Shown here in pieces: positions 38,390-51,686 of a stretch of DNA of 64,000 nucleotides. The DNA lies in the NCBI GenBank assembly GCA_038087875.1, contig CM075988.1, positions 12,650,001 through 12,714,000 of the forward strand, in the 5' to 3' direction. A program made the translations under genes and the position numbers. The notes beneath the pieces were generated by a model. The model was not told where the DNA came from. It ran no database searches and worked only from the letters and a program-made list of their open reading frames with translations. How positions within the stretch are numbered: the first letter of the stretch is position 1; each line of letters begins with the position of its first letter. Origin of the DNA: Malacoraja senta (lineage: Eukaryota).

Positions 38390-39285
38390 AGTGAAGAAAA
38401 TGTGCAACATATCCAGATTTGCTGACTTTGCAAGGCTAGGTGTGAAAGTGAACTGTGGAAGAAGCAAAGGATGTAAACAGAGTAACAGAGTGGCAGATGG
38501 AGTATTCACTGAGCTCAGAAAAATTAAAATGAATTATTCAATGGCAAGAAATCAGTAAATGTTGTACAGGGGGATCTTGATGTGATGGCTTGTGAAATGA
38601 AAAAATGTTCACTTGAGAGTCCAGGGAACTACTGGGATGGTAAACGACACATTGCTCTTTATTACAAGAGGAATTATAATTGCACACAGCTGGTATATGA
38701 CTGCACTTGGAGTTGTCTGTAAGCAATTTTAGTCTTTCTACCAAAGGAAGGATATATTCAAAAGAAGACACCAACTACTGGAGTAATTCAGCAGGCCAGG
38801 CAGCATCTCTCGAGGACATGGATAGGTGAGGTTTTGGATCGGAACCCTCCTCCAATCTGATCCGCCTGATTCACCATTACTCTGAAGAAGGGTCCTGACC
38901 CAAAACATCACCTATCCATATTCTCCAGAGCTGCCACCTGACCCAGTGAGTTACCCCAGCACTTTGTGTCTTCTTTTGTAAACAAGCATCTGCGGTTCTT
39001 TGTTTCTTCATGGGGATATCCACTTGGTTTACATTCACTGATGTCTGGGATTAAGGGATCATGCAGTGTAAAGATCGAGATAAGATTGGCTGGATCTGCA
39101 CTGATTTCCTTGAAGATCCTGAAAGGATTTGGCAGGTTGCTTCCAAGAGTTTAGGCCCTTCACCAATAGAATACATACAGTAATTTCTGGATGAAGGTTT
39201 TTTGATTTAAAAGCAAGTTGGTCCATTTCTATGCACAGAGAGCTGTAAGGTTCTGGCATATTCAGTCTTACAGAACTGTTAACAT
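38390..39285 (+). mobile_element. Degenerate CR1 ORF2 remnant interrupted by a palindromic Penelope remnant (38765-39008)
   Basis: ISRFADFARLG motif, later atttctatgcacagagagctgtaagg..tgg; ctgaagaagggtcctgacccaaaacatc at 38882. Confidence 0.65.
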
Positions 39286-39289
39286 TTTG

Positions 39290-39822
39290 GCAATGATGGT
39301 CCAATTCTACAAGGCCATCGTAGAGTCTGTTCTCACCTTCTCCATCATGGTCTGGTTTGGCTCAGCCACCAAGCACGACACCTGGAGGCTGCAGCGAATC
39401 GTCCGATCAGCAGAGAAGGTTATTGGCTGCAACCTTCCTTCCATTGATGAACTGTATACTGCAAGGGCCAGGAAGCGAGTGAGCAAGATCATCTCTGACC
39501 CCTCTCACCCTGGCCACAAACTCTTTGAGTCACTTCCCTCTGGAAGGCGACTCCGGACTGTCAAAGCTGCCACAGCCAGACATAAATACAATTTTTATCC
39601 ACGAGTAGTTGCTCTACTCAACAGCCAAAAATCTGTAGCCTCCCTTTGATCTGGTATTTTGTTGGTTCACATGCTTGATCAATGGTGTTTTATCATTAGT
39701 GTTTTATTATTATTAATGTTTAGTGTTTTCTGAGTCATTCATAACTGTCACTGTATGTCATGTTGTTACTTGTGGGTGGAGCACCAAAGCAAATTCCTTG
39801 TATGTGAATACTTGGCCAATAA

Positions 39823-39851
<29 letters not shown>
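39290..39851 (+). mobile_element. Rex1/Babar LINE 3' fragment
   Basis: FYKAIVESVLTFSIMVWFGS..LQRIVRSAEKVIG..DPSHPGH; (TTAC)n tail. Confidence 0.92.
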
Positions 39852-39853
<2 letters not shown>

Positions 39854-40496
39854 TAGTCTGAGAACAATATCCTGCACTCTGTATCTTCCCCTTTGCTCCA
39901 ACCATTGTATTTGACTTAATTGTATTTACAGATAGTATCTGTTTGGATAGTGTGTAAAACAAAGCCTTTCACTGTACCTTGGTCCACGTGACAATAATAA
40001 ACCCAAACCTACATGCACACTCCCACTGTTTCCCTGGAGTCTATTTTGACCAGACGATTTCAACAGTCAGGACATATTAAGGAGAGATTTGTGAATCACG
40101 TTGTTCTGAACCACGACTAATACATTTTACTATAGCAGAATCTATTTTAATAATGCTGATGGATTGAAGGTGAATGTTGCTGGAGGGATCAGACTTCTCT
40201 CCCCTGCTATTATGGTCAAGGTGCTGAACAGCCCTCTGTAATACAATGGGGTGACCAATACTGGGATCCAATGCACTGCTGGAGATTTCAGCAGGTTAAC
40301 CTCTCAAAACTCAGTCACCAGAAATACGAGGAACCATGCTGTGGAAAGCATGTGCTAAATGGGTGTTTTGGAAGAAACATAATTGAAAACACAGAAGATA
40401 GATATTTGAATGAAAAGGTACTAAGCAGTTGTAATGCTGCCGTAGTAGTAACAAAACATTGCGTCTGGCTTTAGAGGGACAGGCATACTTGTTAAC

Positions 40497-41142
40497 CATC
40501 ATCGGCGGTCATTCGAAATGAGTATGACTATCCTCTCCTCTCCATAGGGTCGTCTACTTGTGGGTCTGCAGATGTCTGTAGAGGCCGATCCGTGATCCAC
40601 ACACCTTGGTGCAACGTGGGGAGTGGAGACTGGCGGTGGTTGGTAGTCATCGCGCCCCCTTCTCTCTCTCTCCTTACGGTGCTGTCGCTTTGTCTCTGCG
40701 ACACGGCGTAGCTCCGTTTCGTGACATGCAGCACCTTCCTGCACGGATTTCCTCCAGGAGCGCCTGTCCAGTGCACTTTGCTCCCAGTTGCTCCATGTGG
40801 AATTTCTTCAAACTGTTCTTGATGTTGTCCTTGAAGCGTTCCTTTGGCCCGCCGACCTTCCTTCAGTTGAGAGTACAGGATCTGTGTTTAGGGAGACGTG
40901 TGTTGGACATGTGGATGTCATGGCCAGTCCATTGAAGTTGGTGCTGCATTATTGTGGTGGTGATGCTGGTCATGTTGGCTTCCTCCAAAACTCTGATGTT
41001 GGTGCATTTGTCCTCCCAGCTGATCCTCAGAATCTTTCGTAAGGATCTTTGATGGTATTGTTCCAGGGTTCTCAGGTGCCTGGTGTAGGTGGTCCATGAC
41101 TCGGCTCCATACAACAGGGTGGGGAGGACAACGTGGGGAGGA
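40497..41142 (-). mobile_element. 5'-truncated RTE-clade (BovB-like) LINE
   Basis: LYGAESWTTY..HLRTLEQYHQRSLRKILRISWED..QLQWTGH; short (GAT)n tail; perfect 13-bp TSD catacttgttaac at 40484-40496 and 41143-41155. Confidence 0.92.
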
Positions 41143-41422
41143 CATACTTGTTAACACCATAGTTGAAACTAGCTGATAAGCAAAATCAATCCAGGCTCTC
41201 GTTCCACAAGGAAGTCCTCCTGACATTGACCGTTGAAAGTCACGGGACCAGCACCAATCTGTTCCATCGCTCCTCTTACAGTCAAAGTCAGTAACGTTGC
41301 ACTCTCAGAAACCTGGCCTCAAGATCCTTGCCAGCTGCCGCTGCTGAGATACACCACATGTGATATTTTTCCACTCGCTGCTCCATTGCAAAAGGTCACT
41401 CATTTTACCTGGCAACGTGAAA

Positions 41423-41560
41423 AACATAGAACAGTACAACGCAGCAACAGGCCCTTCGGCCCACCATGTCTGTGCCAAACATGATGCCAAGATAAACTCA
41501 TCTCACCTGCCTGCACGTGATCCATATCCCTCCATTTCCTGCATGTTCCTATCCAAAAAT
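41423..41560 (-). mobile_element. CR1 3' terminal fragment
   Basis: aacatagaacagtacaacgcagcaacaggcccttcggccca. Confidence 0.7.
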
Positions 41561-42234
41561 CTCTATCTCTTTATCTTGCGCACACCTTTGATTATTAACA
41601 CTCCTTTGACAGGAGCTACAAATTAATTCCCAAAACCTCTCCAGCAATCAACCTTTTATTGTCTTTTAAAAAAATGCTCCCTAAACCAATGCTGGGAAAA
41701 AAATTTTTTGTCTGCAACTTAGTTTGCGTTATTGCACTGTCAGTTAATGCATTTAAAAAGCATCGCTTGGAATGCAAGCACTTTGTACGCTTCAAGGTTT
41801 AATATAATAAATGTGCCGCTTGCAGTAGATGTGAAAACGGCAGCTGATTTAGTGAGCAATTGGAAAGAAAATAAGACAACTCTATGATTTTATCATGCCT
41901 CATTAGGCAACTGGAAGAACGTCAGACCTGCCAGAGTTGTTGTGTTGTCAGAAAGGCACTGAAAATACTCGTGTCTCTAAACTACATCCCATTTTGTCAC
42001 AATTTGATTTGATGCTGTGATTTCAATTCTATAGCAATAAACAATACAAATAATTGAGTTTTTCCTTTCTGGAACGCAAAGTTTCTGATTTCTCTCTCTG
42101 ATCTTCCGTATACCTGAACATTTTATGCTGAGAAATGCTCAAACATGTGCTGGGGCTCTTGTAAACTCATAACAGTTTTAGCACTTTCATTTATAATTTT
42201 AGATGTGATGTTGAGCACAATGTAGACAACTTAA

Positions 42235-42541
42235 GGGGAGCACAGTGGGGCAGCGGTGGAGTTGTTACCTCACAATGCCAGAGACCCGGATTCGATCCTG
42301 ACTTCAGATGCTGTTGTGCAGAGTTTGTACATTCTCTCTGTGACCACGTTGGTTTTCTCCAGGTGCACCGTTTTCCTCCCACATTCAGAGGTGTGCAGGT
42401 TTGTAGGTTAATTGGCTTCTGTAAATTGTCCCTAGTGTGTAGGATTTGAAAGTGGGATAAAATGGAACTAGTGTCCGGGTGATTAATGGTTAGTGCGGAC
42501 CAGGTTAGCCATGTTGTTTACATGTTGTATCGCTAAATTAA
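42235..42541 (+). mobile_element. HE1-like tRNA/V-SINE, full length
   Basis: A-box-like cagtggggcagcgg and B-box ggattcgatcc (42288-42298), V-domain-like body. Confidence 0.88.
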
Positions 42542-44379
42542 ATGGCTGTGTTTATATATTGCAATACCTAAGATAATTGGAATGTACTGTAGCTTAGCTA
42601 TTGAAACATAACACGCAAGGTTCAAGGGCATTCAGTGTGTGTGTGGAATACATTTTCATGCCTTTCACATGTGAGTGGAAAGCCCATGTTTTTGATGGGT
42701 GCCTCTTCCCAAAGTTGTTCTTCAAAGTTTCCCTAAGGCCTGATTAATTGTCATTTAAAGGGACATGCCCCAACAGGTTACAGTCCAATGATGGGAGCTT
42801 GTCTCAGGTTGATGCTCACTCACCAGGCTACACTTTGGTTACCCCATTGTTTACCCTTGCCCCAGAACCCATCACCCCCAACTACAGCCACCAATCTCAT
42901 TTGACCCAACCCTCCATTCAACACTGCACCAATCCTCCAATGCACTGACCTAACCAATGCCTTGCTACACTCCTGATCTGCTGATCAAGGTCAATCCATT
43001 TCTTCCCGTCAATGCGTTTCATCCCAATTCCACCACTGATCATTATCCACGATGCTATCAAGCAGACACTCAAGTATTGACATCATATTTGTTCAATATT
43101 TATTGCAGGTCACAAAGTTCTCAAGTCTTCAGGGAATGAAATAGCCGTTGCCTGCTTGCAGCAAGATCTAACAACAATTAAGTAGATAATAGTCCCACCA
43201 CTTTAGTAACAAGCAATGTGCATCTCCAACAGGAGAGGGTCTAAATACAGCCACGACTCAACAGGAAAAAATACACAAAGTGCTGGAGTGACTCAACGGT
43301 TCAGGCAGCATCCTTGGAGAACATGGATAGTTGATGCTTCGGGTCGAGACCCTTCTTGACACTCCATGGCTCAGCAAGCCTGCATGAGCAGCACCTCGCA
43401 ATCCATGACTTCTGCCACCAAACGCTGAGATAGAAAGCAGAAATGTTTCAGACTCATTGTGGCTTGAGCGCATGAATGAAATAGTGACTGAATGTGAATA
43501 ATGAGTCTCAGCAGGTTAACGTTAGAGATTAGCCGCTATTCTTTAGATCTTATTAATAGAGCATGTTCAAAATGTTGATGGGAGACATTTTTATTTAGTC
43601 GCTCTTATTATAGTCTAATTCTCAAAGAGTCCAAATATTTGAAGATAATTTGACAGATTGAGGTGTAGTATTTGTTTGACTGTCATTATTTTCATGATGA
43701 TAGAAACATACTCCGAGGGCAACAGAACAAAGCTTTCTCATTGCAATCCTAATTTTCAGTTGCATTTCTCTTCAGCCATTTAACAATTGAAGTGACCCAG
43801 CACTCAGCACCAAGTCCAGGATGTGCTCGGGAATATTATCTGCACTTTGCCATGTTATCTTATATAATGGAGCTCGCAGAGAGAATCAAGAGAGGTAATC
43901 TGTGCAGGGAGTTATGAGCACTTAATGATCATTTGAAGATCCCAGATGATAATCTCTTATGATTGAGAATTATTGGAAAATAATATGCATTCACTCTGTT
44001 GGTTCCTGAAGATTTGTACATATGACTCAGCTCAGAGGAAAATTCCCCACTCTCTGATGATGTTATTTCTAAACAGCTTGGTACCCTGGGGTTATTTAGT
44101 ACAATGGTTTTATAGCACAAAAATATACATAGTGAGCTCAAATATGGTAAATATTTTGTGATAAATATTGGTGTACAATACAGAAGGGCCTGATATCTAA
44201 ATGGTACCTGGACAGGTTAAAACTAATGGCACCTGGACAGGTTTAACTAATTTTAAGATTCTTCTTAAAGAGTCTTCCAGCACAGACGCTGGTCCTTTGG
44301 CCCACTAAGTCCAAGCTGACCATTGAACACCCACTTAAACCAATGTGCACTAATGCTATTTTTTTATGATCCGCGCATT

Positions 44380-44700
44380 GGGTGCCATGGTGACACAGTT
44401 GGTAGAGCTGCTGCCTCTCAGCGCCAGAGACCCGGATTCGATCCTGACCTCGGCTGTTGTCTGTGAGCACTTTGTATGTTCTCCCTGTGACCCCACAGGT
44501 TTTCTCTGGACGTGCCGATTTCCCCCCACATCCCAAAGCCATGCAGGTTTGTGGGTTAAGTGGCACCTGGAAGTTGCCCCTGAGGTGTGTCGGAAGTGGA
44601 TGCGAGAGTGGGATAACATAGAACTAGTGTGAAGGAGTGGTTGAGGTTCAGCATGGACTCGGTGGGCCGAAGAGCCTGCTTCCATGCCGTACCTCTAATG
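44380..44700 (+). mobile_element. HE1-like tRNA/V-SINE, full length
   Basis: tggtgacacagttgg..ggattcgatcc..gggccgaagagcctgcttcc (CR1-derived tail). Confidence 0.88.
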
Positions 44701-44711
44701 GTTCACCTCAA

Positions 44712-45323
44712 CTGTGATGGCGCACCTTTCCCTCAGCAGCAGGCTTGGCTAGCCCGCCATAGAGCCGGGAAACCCAGCCCCCAAGATGCCAGCCATGAGC
44801 CCAACGCTGCTCAGCCCTGAGGATCGGACGGTGAAGGGGTTCAAGATGGTAGAAGTAGCTGTGGATGCAAGGAACAAAGAGTCTGTAGGCGGACTGACTG
44901 CAGTAGACAGCACAGCACACCTCGACAGTGGAATCGGACGCTGGAGGCCCTGCAGGAGCCTAGGGCTCAGGTGGATCGGGCACCGTTCGAAGAGGCCAAG
45001 CCAGCAGACTGGATGCGACCTGCAGTTCCACAGAGCAGTGAAGCAGAGGTACAGGGCACCAACAGCTAAGCTTGGCCAGGCCGACACAGCAACATCGCCA
45101 GGACAACGGGCCTTACGGCCAGGTTAAGAACACTTTACTTACAATAACATGGGCATGAAAATGGCGCCAAATCTGGCGATTCTTGTACAATACCTCAGTG
45201 TATTATTCCAGTATACTTGTACTGAATCTAAGATGTGGTCATGTATTATTATACTTTTGCTGCACTGTAAACAAAAAATAATTTCACTGGAGTTCGGGAC
45301 GTGTGACAATAACGTACATTGAA
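44712..45323 (+). mobile_element. GC-rich non-autonomous retroelement with Rex1-like 3' end
   Basis: GC-rich body, aaaatggcgcc motif, ends aatttcactg..gtgtgacaataa. Confidence 0.55.
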
Positions 45324-45324
45324 C

Positions 45325-45548
45325 TCCTGCTGATCCCATCACTTAGTCAGAGCGATTTACAGTGTCCACTTAATCTGCGCAAGGGCACCCAGGTCTTTGA
45401 AGTTGGTATAATGTCTCAGTTTGAAAACTATCACCCCCTTTAACTCTGCAGTGGAACATCAGCCTGGATTTTATGATCAAATCCCGAGTGATTGAACTCG
45501 AAATCTGACTCAGCATGAAACCGTCTGACCACTCCGCCGAGCTGACAA
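45325..45548 (-). mobile_element. Ancient DeuSINE (SacSINE1-like) remnant
   Basis: Minus strand ctgagtcaga..gagttcaa..cataaaatccaggctga..tgcag..tgagacatta..gtggac matches my recollection of the shark DeuSINE head. Confidence 0.5.
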
Positions 45549-46239
45549 TCAGCAATGATGTATCACCCGAACAGACCCGCTTTAGAAAATATTTTAATAA
45601 AATGCATTAGAAAACCAATCTGTGTGCCAGTCACCCAGATGATGAAGCCGATAGCGGTGTGCAAGTTATGTCTTTTCTTTTTTTCCCTCTCCTTACAACC
45701 GCTTGAAGGCAGGGACCTGCTGGAATATAATAATGCAGGGAATAAATAAATCTCATCCAAGACCCTAATGTTGATCTGTAATTTTCAACCAGGCAAGTAA
45801 TTTCAGCTTGAGGGGTGGGGGCAGGTGGAAGCCGCAGGAGGGCATAGTCCTGTTGTTAAACAAATCTCATTTCATGCAGGGATGCAGAAAATAGCAGATG
45901 CATTGGCTTGGGCTCAGATGAATTGCAACAATCAGGCTGTTAATTTTGGCTGAAATGACTGGCACAGAAATGTAATAGTCACGCAAGGCGTATGGCCTGA
46001 TCCTGATTAATAGGGATGATTTGACCAATGCAAATAAACGAGATCTCTGAGGAAGGTTCCCGACCCGAAACACAATCCAATCATGTCCTCATGAGATGCT
46101 GCCTGACCAGCTGAAGTAGTCCAGCATGTTGTGCCTTTTATTTAACGCAAAACATCAACATCAACAACGTGGAACTGAAACGAGCCACCGAAAGGTGGAT
46201 TTTCAAATTAACCTGCAGCTATGAAACATTGGGTTTCTT

Positions 46240-47160
46240 TTTTTTTGGGGGGGGGGGGGGGGGGGGAACGGTGAAGAGCTGTAGGCAAGAAAAGACGAGG
46301 ACCAAATAGGGCAGGGCAGTAGTTGGCTATGGAAGGTGCGATCTCAGGAGAAACAATGTGGAGAACTGTGGAATTGGTTAAACAACTAAGGTGGATGAAG
46401 GGAACAAGGACAGAGGGGGGAGGGAAAGGAAGTGTAAGATGAAGTGACTTAAAATTAGAGAATTCAATGTTTATACCACTGGGTTGCAAGCTACCCGAGA
46501 GAAATACGAGGTGCTGATTCTCCAATTTGCGTGTGCCCTCACTCTGGCTATGGAGGAGACCCAAGACAGAAAGGTCGGTATGGGAAGGAAAGTTGAAATG
46601 GTTGGCAATCAGGAGATCCCATAGGCTTAGGTAGACTGAACGTAAGTGTTCAGCAAAACAGTCATCGAATCTACGTTAGGTCTTGCCAATGTACAAGACC
46701 CCACATCATGAACACTAGATGCAGTGGATGAGGTTGGAGGAGGTGCATGTGAACCTCTGCCTAGCCTGAAAGGACTGTCGGGATCCCTGGATGGATTCGA
46801 GGGAGGAGGTATTAAGGCAGGTGTTGCATCACCTGCAGTTGCAGCAGAATTTCCCTGGAGAGGCGGTGGTTTGGGTGGGAAGGGATGAGTGAACCAATGA
46901 GTTATGGACGGAGCGGTCCCTGCAGAAGGTGAAAAGGAGTGGGGATGATGTGATTCGTGGTGGGATCACTTAGGAGGTGATGGAAATGTTGGAGGATGAT
47001 GCGTTGGATGCGGAAGCTAGTGGGGTGAAAGGTGAGGACTACAGGAACTCTGTCTTTGTTGTGTCTGTGGCAAGGGGGAGGAGAGCAGAAATTTGTGACT
47101 CAGAGGAGACAAGTGTGAGGGACTAATTTATGTCAGAATGAGGTGGGGGGGACCCACGAG
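46240..47160 (-). mobile_element. Penelope-like element 3' part with a decayed GIY-YIG endonuclease
   Basis: CGVLYIGKT*RRFDDCFAEHLRSV (~46625-46710) and RKLENQHLVFLSGSLQPSGINIEFSNF; C-rich 3' region; opposite-strand terminal repeat at 46045-46140. Confidence 0.85.
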
Positions 47161-48161
47161 TAATTTATTTAATTTACCTCAGTATTTTATTTTTCCTGAA
47201 ATTTTCTTTATCACAATTCATTGATTTGAGACAAGAGACAATCGAGAACAAAGCGGTCTTCCATTACATTGCAAATGATTACCCGACAGACAAAAAATTG
47301 GAGCAGACTATGTAACTTGTGAGTACTTTGGTAATGTTTCTGATGCTGCCTTTATCACAACTCCACACACTCATTGAGAAATAACTGAACGGTGATCAAA
47401 GCGTGAAATCCTGTTTGATTGTTTCTTGCCTCAAGGACAACAGCCAGTTGTGTATCAAACTCCTTCAGCATCGAGGCCTGTTAGCTCAACATTAACTGGA
47501 AGATGGTTGTGCGGCCTTCTGTTCCATGCGGCTAATTGCAACATTCGTCAATAGAATTATATAATTAATATATTCCTGCTGTTCATATATCACACATTTG
47601 TTCTACATTATTCTCATTTGTTTGAAGATCTATATTCGCATATTCATGATCTGCAATGTAATTACTTAAGGCCCTTTAGGTTTTTGAATTACTGCCATTC
47701 ACAGATTAGGCATTACGGTAGTTCAAAGAACACAGAAGGCTTCTGGAGTTTAATGCACACAGCATCATCCACCTCATGCTGCACATGGAGAATCAATTTT
47801 CTTGAACTAAATAACAAAAAGAATAACAGTGCAAAGTAATAATCAAGAAAACATAAAAGTCACCAAACCTTTCTTCGTCTATGAAGCTGGCAGAATGTAT
47901 GTTATGATTGTTTTCTGTTTTTAAACCTCTCCTTTAGTTCCCAAGTGTAAAATACACAGCATCCGTCCTCCTTTATGTGACAACTGTTTCAATATTTTTT
48001 TCTCTCTGTGGTATAACAAATAACTGTGATTGTATTATTGTCTGGTCTGGAGAACAGTCTTTTAAAATTGTATACATGAAATCTTCGCCACAACACATCT
48101 GCAAATAAATAGATTTATTTTGGGGAATTAACTAACTGAGATTTACTGAATGGGCTTCTTA

Positions 48162-48741
48162 AGGGGCTGTCCCACTTGGGCGACCTAATTGGCGAGTTTA
48201 GAAAAGTTTAAAAATGTCATGTTGAAGACCTCCTTCGACTATGTAGAAGACCTCGTTCAACCTCCTTCGACTATGTTGAAGACTAGCTTCGACTAGCTAC
48301 GACTAGCTACGACTAACTTCGGGAAAATAGGACACCGAATAGTGGAGAGTGAAGAGGACCTCCTTCGATCTCCATCAACCTCCCTTCGACTATGATGAAG
48401 ACTATTTATGACTACCTTCGACTACCTTAGACTACCCTTGATTACCTACGACTACCATGCCAACCTATTACGACCTACTATGACCTACTATGACTAAACA
48501 TACGAGTAAAAAAGGTATCAATATTTTCCATGGCGACCTTTTTTTATTCGCGGGCATTTTTCAACATGTTGAAAAATACGCTGCGACCTAGCTGAGGCCT
48601 CGAGTACACGGGGACTACTCTCGAGCATGAAGGAGAGTTACAAAGACCTCCTACGATCTCGTACCGACCATGCTGCGAGTATGAGTCGAGGGCAAACTCG
48701 CCAGAACTCGTGGATTAGGTCGCCCAAGTGGGACAGCCCCT
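48162..48741. mobile_element. PIF/Harbinger MITE (580 bp)
   Basis: Perfect 28-bp TIR AGGGGCTGTCCCACTTGGGCGACCTAAT; TTA TSD; interior of degenerate (GACTAC/TTCGAC) repeats. Confidence 0.92.
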
Positions 48742-49257
48742 TTAAACAATTGGCTGATCTTTATGCTTTTCATAAAGTTAACATCAATATAGTTCTATTA
48801 CATTATCTGTTGACCCATCTCCCTATTAAGAAATTTGTTGTCCTGATTTTTTATTGTGCCCATTTCTTTTAGTTCTGTGTGAGGTGTTTCATCGGTCGTT
48901 GTCTGTTCAGGAAGATAAATCAGTTTTCGGAACAATAATGGTAACTCGCTTGTGATTCTGAATGTCTTCCTCTTGGATGCTGATAAATCATGAACCTCAG
49001 CCTCAAACATCACATCTCCATTAACATGAGAGCACATAATTTACCTGGTTATCTTCATTTATTATTGAGTAAAGGCATTAAAAAATCAAGACTTTGTGAC
49101 AAGAATGTTAAGTGCATGAAATGCTCGAGCATAACTTGAGTTGTGGCTCCCATCTTGGCCATTGTCTTGGGTTGTGACCATGTGCGGCTAAACCTCCAAA
49201 ATTTTGCGTTGCATTAAAAGGGAATCAATCGATGTACTAAGCTGTAGAAACAAACTT

Positions 49258-49685
49258 TAGGTGAACATTGAATTTTCCAATTTTAGTTAACTTTTAACTC
49301 TCCCCCTTACCCCCCTCCCCACCCTTTCACCACATACCTCCCCTTTATCTCCCTCACTCCAGCCCCCCCCCCCAAGCTACTTTCCTCCCCCAGGATTCAC
49401 TTCATAACTTTTCAAACCTCGCTGACACCTTCTGTTCTTATCTCTCGCATTTGTTCCAAACATCTGCCTATCAAAATCCTCCCTCGCCTATGTCCACACT
49501 TTGTCCTGTTTCTCTCCTTTTCCAGCTTTCATCTCCAACCCCCCTACAATCAGTCTGAAGAAGGGTGTCCACCTGAAATATCTCATGTCCATGTTCTCCA
49601 AAGATGCTGCCTGACCCGCTGAGTTACTCCAGCACTCTGTACCTATCTTTGGTGTAAACCAGCATCAGCAGTTCCTTCCCACACA
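49258..49685 (+). mobile_element. Penelope-like 3' end with terminal repeat
   Basis: VNIEFSNF* then C-rich tract, ctgaagaagggtgtccacctgaaa (49556), ending gcagttccttcccacac. Confidence 0.8.
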
Positions 49686-50268
49686 AGACCTCTCTAACTT
49701 TCCAATACCTTTGGAAACAATTGACATTAATCTTATTTTATTCTCTCCACATTCACCTCAATGACCCAGATATTAAGGGAAATTTACAGTGGCCAATTAC
49801 CCATTCATCTTTGGGATCTGAGAGAAAATGAGAGCATTAGGAGGAAAGTCATATATCATGCCAGTAGCCACGTGCAAACTCCCGACAGACAGCACCAGAG
49901 GCACAAAATTGTTGAGTAATTCAACGGGTGAGGCAGCATCTTTGGAGAACATGGATACATGTCATTTCGGGTTGGGTCCCTTCTTCAGATTGATTGTAGG
50001 GGAGGCGGGAAAGAAACCCGGAAGAGTGGAGGGTCAGGAATAGGTTGATGCAGGTGAGGAGTGTGTTTTGATGGCCAAATGGTTAGGCAAAGGCTAGAGA
50101 TGAAAAGACAGAAGAGTTACAAATTGAAAAGTGAGAGAACGGATGTTAGGAGAGGGGGAGGGGAGAGGGGGAAGGTGAGGGGACTTTTTAGGGAAGAAGG
50201 GAGAGAGGAAGGGCTATGTAGTTACCTAAAATTGTAGAATTCAATGTTCATACCATTGGGTTGTCAAG

Positions 50269-51686
50269 AGTGTTTTATTGTCATATGTCCCGGACGGGAC
50301 AATGAAATTCTTTCTTGCTGCAGCACAACAGAATATGTGAATATGTAAACATTGTACATAACGGGGGAAAAAAAGAAAAAGTTCAATAAATAACAAATAT
50401 AGTGCAAATAACAAATAATAATTTAGTCTTTTACAGTTCAGAGCTCAGAGCTTATTCATTGTTGTGTTTAATAGCCTGATGGAAGGGAAGAAGCTGTTCC
50501 TGAACCTGGACGTTAAGGGGCTGTCCCACGGGCAGGCGTTTCCATGCGGCAAGTGCGACCTAACCAGAAGCGGGGGCCGTGCGGGGACCGCACGGAGGTC
50601 GCAGGGCCGGTCCCACGTAGATCGGCGGAGCAGTATGGAGTTGGTCCCGACACCACGCGGGGCTCCGAAAAACTGACAGTGTTAAAAAATACCACGCGGC
50701 AACGGCCTGCCGCCCCGCTGCCGCCTCGACGCCGTGCGAACCGTCTCAACGGAGTAGGCCTAGCGAGTGGCATTGCGCAATGATGTCATCACCCGACGCC
50801 GCGCGACGTCCATTCGCAGTCGGCCCGTCTTTTACCGGGTCATATTAAAACCGCTTCCGGTTAGGTCGCGCTCGCCGCATGCATTTGCATGCTCGTGGGA
50901 CAGGCCGTACGGTGATCACTCGGCCTCCACGCAGCACCCGCTTCCGGTTAGGTTGCGCTTGCCGCATGCATTCGCATGCTCGTGGGACAGGCCGTACGGT
51001 GATCACTCGGCCCTCGCGCGGCAGCCGCGCGGCCCCCACTTCCGGTTAGGTCGTGCTTGCCGCATGGAGTCGCCTGCCCGTGGGACAGCCCCTGTACCTT
51101 CTTCCTGATGGCAATGGTGATATGAGTGTGTGGCCAGGATGGTGTGGGTCCTTGATGATTTTAGCTGCCTATTTGAGGCAGCGACTATGATAGATCCCTT
51201 CGATGGTGGGGAGGTCAAAGCCGGTGATGAACTGCGCAGTGGTCACAACTTTTTGTAGTCTTTTTCGCTCCTGGACGTTCAAGTTGCCATACCAGACCAC
51301 GATTGCAACCAGTCAGAATGCTCTCTACTGTGCACCTGTAGAAGTTTAGGAGAATCCTCTTCGACATGCCGAATCTCCGTAATCTTCTCAGGAAGTAGTC
51401 GCTGATGTGCCTTCTTTACAATTGCATCTGTGTGCTGGGTCCAGGAAAGATCTTCTGATATATGCACACCCAGGAATTTGAAGTTATTGACCCTTTCCAC
51501 CATCGTCCCGTTGATATAAACAGGATTGTGGGTCCTCATCCTTCCCCTACCAAAGTCCACAATCAGTTCCTTGGTCTTACTGATGTTGAAAGCCAGGTTG
51601 TTGTGCTGGCACCATTTGGTCAGTCGGTCGATCTCACTTCTATACTCTGACTCGTCCCCATCTGTGATTCGTCCAACCACAGTGGT
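50269..51686 (-). mobile_element. 5'-truncated Rex1/Babar LINE
   Basis: ..DESEYRSEIDRLTKWCQHNNL..KTKELIVDF..FKFLGVHISEDLSW; flanking 9-bp repeat gttgtcaag at 50260-50268 and 51687-51695. Confidence 0.9.
50516..51093. mobile_element. PIF/Harbinger MITE (578 bp, CpG-rich)
   Basis: 23-bp TIR AGGGGCTGTCCCACGGGCAGGCG; TTA on the left, GTA on the right. Confidence 0.88.

Noticed and set aside
42235..42310. tRNA gene
   Set aside because: A/B boxes belong to a SINE head; no complete cloverleaf.
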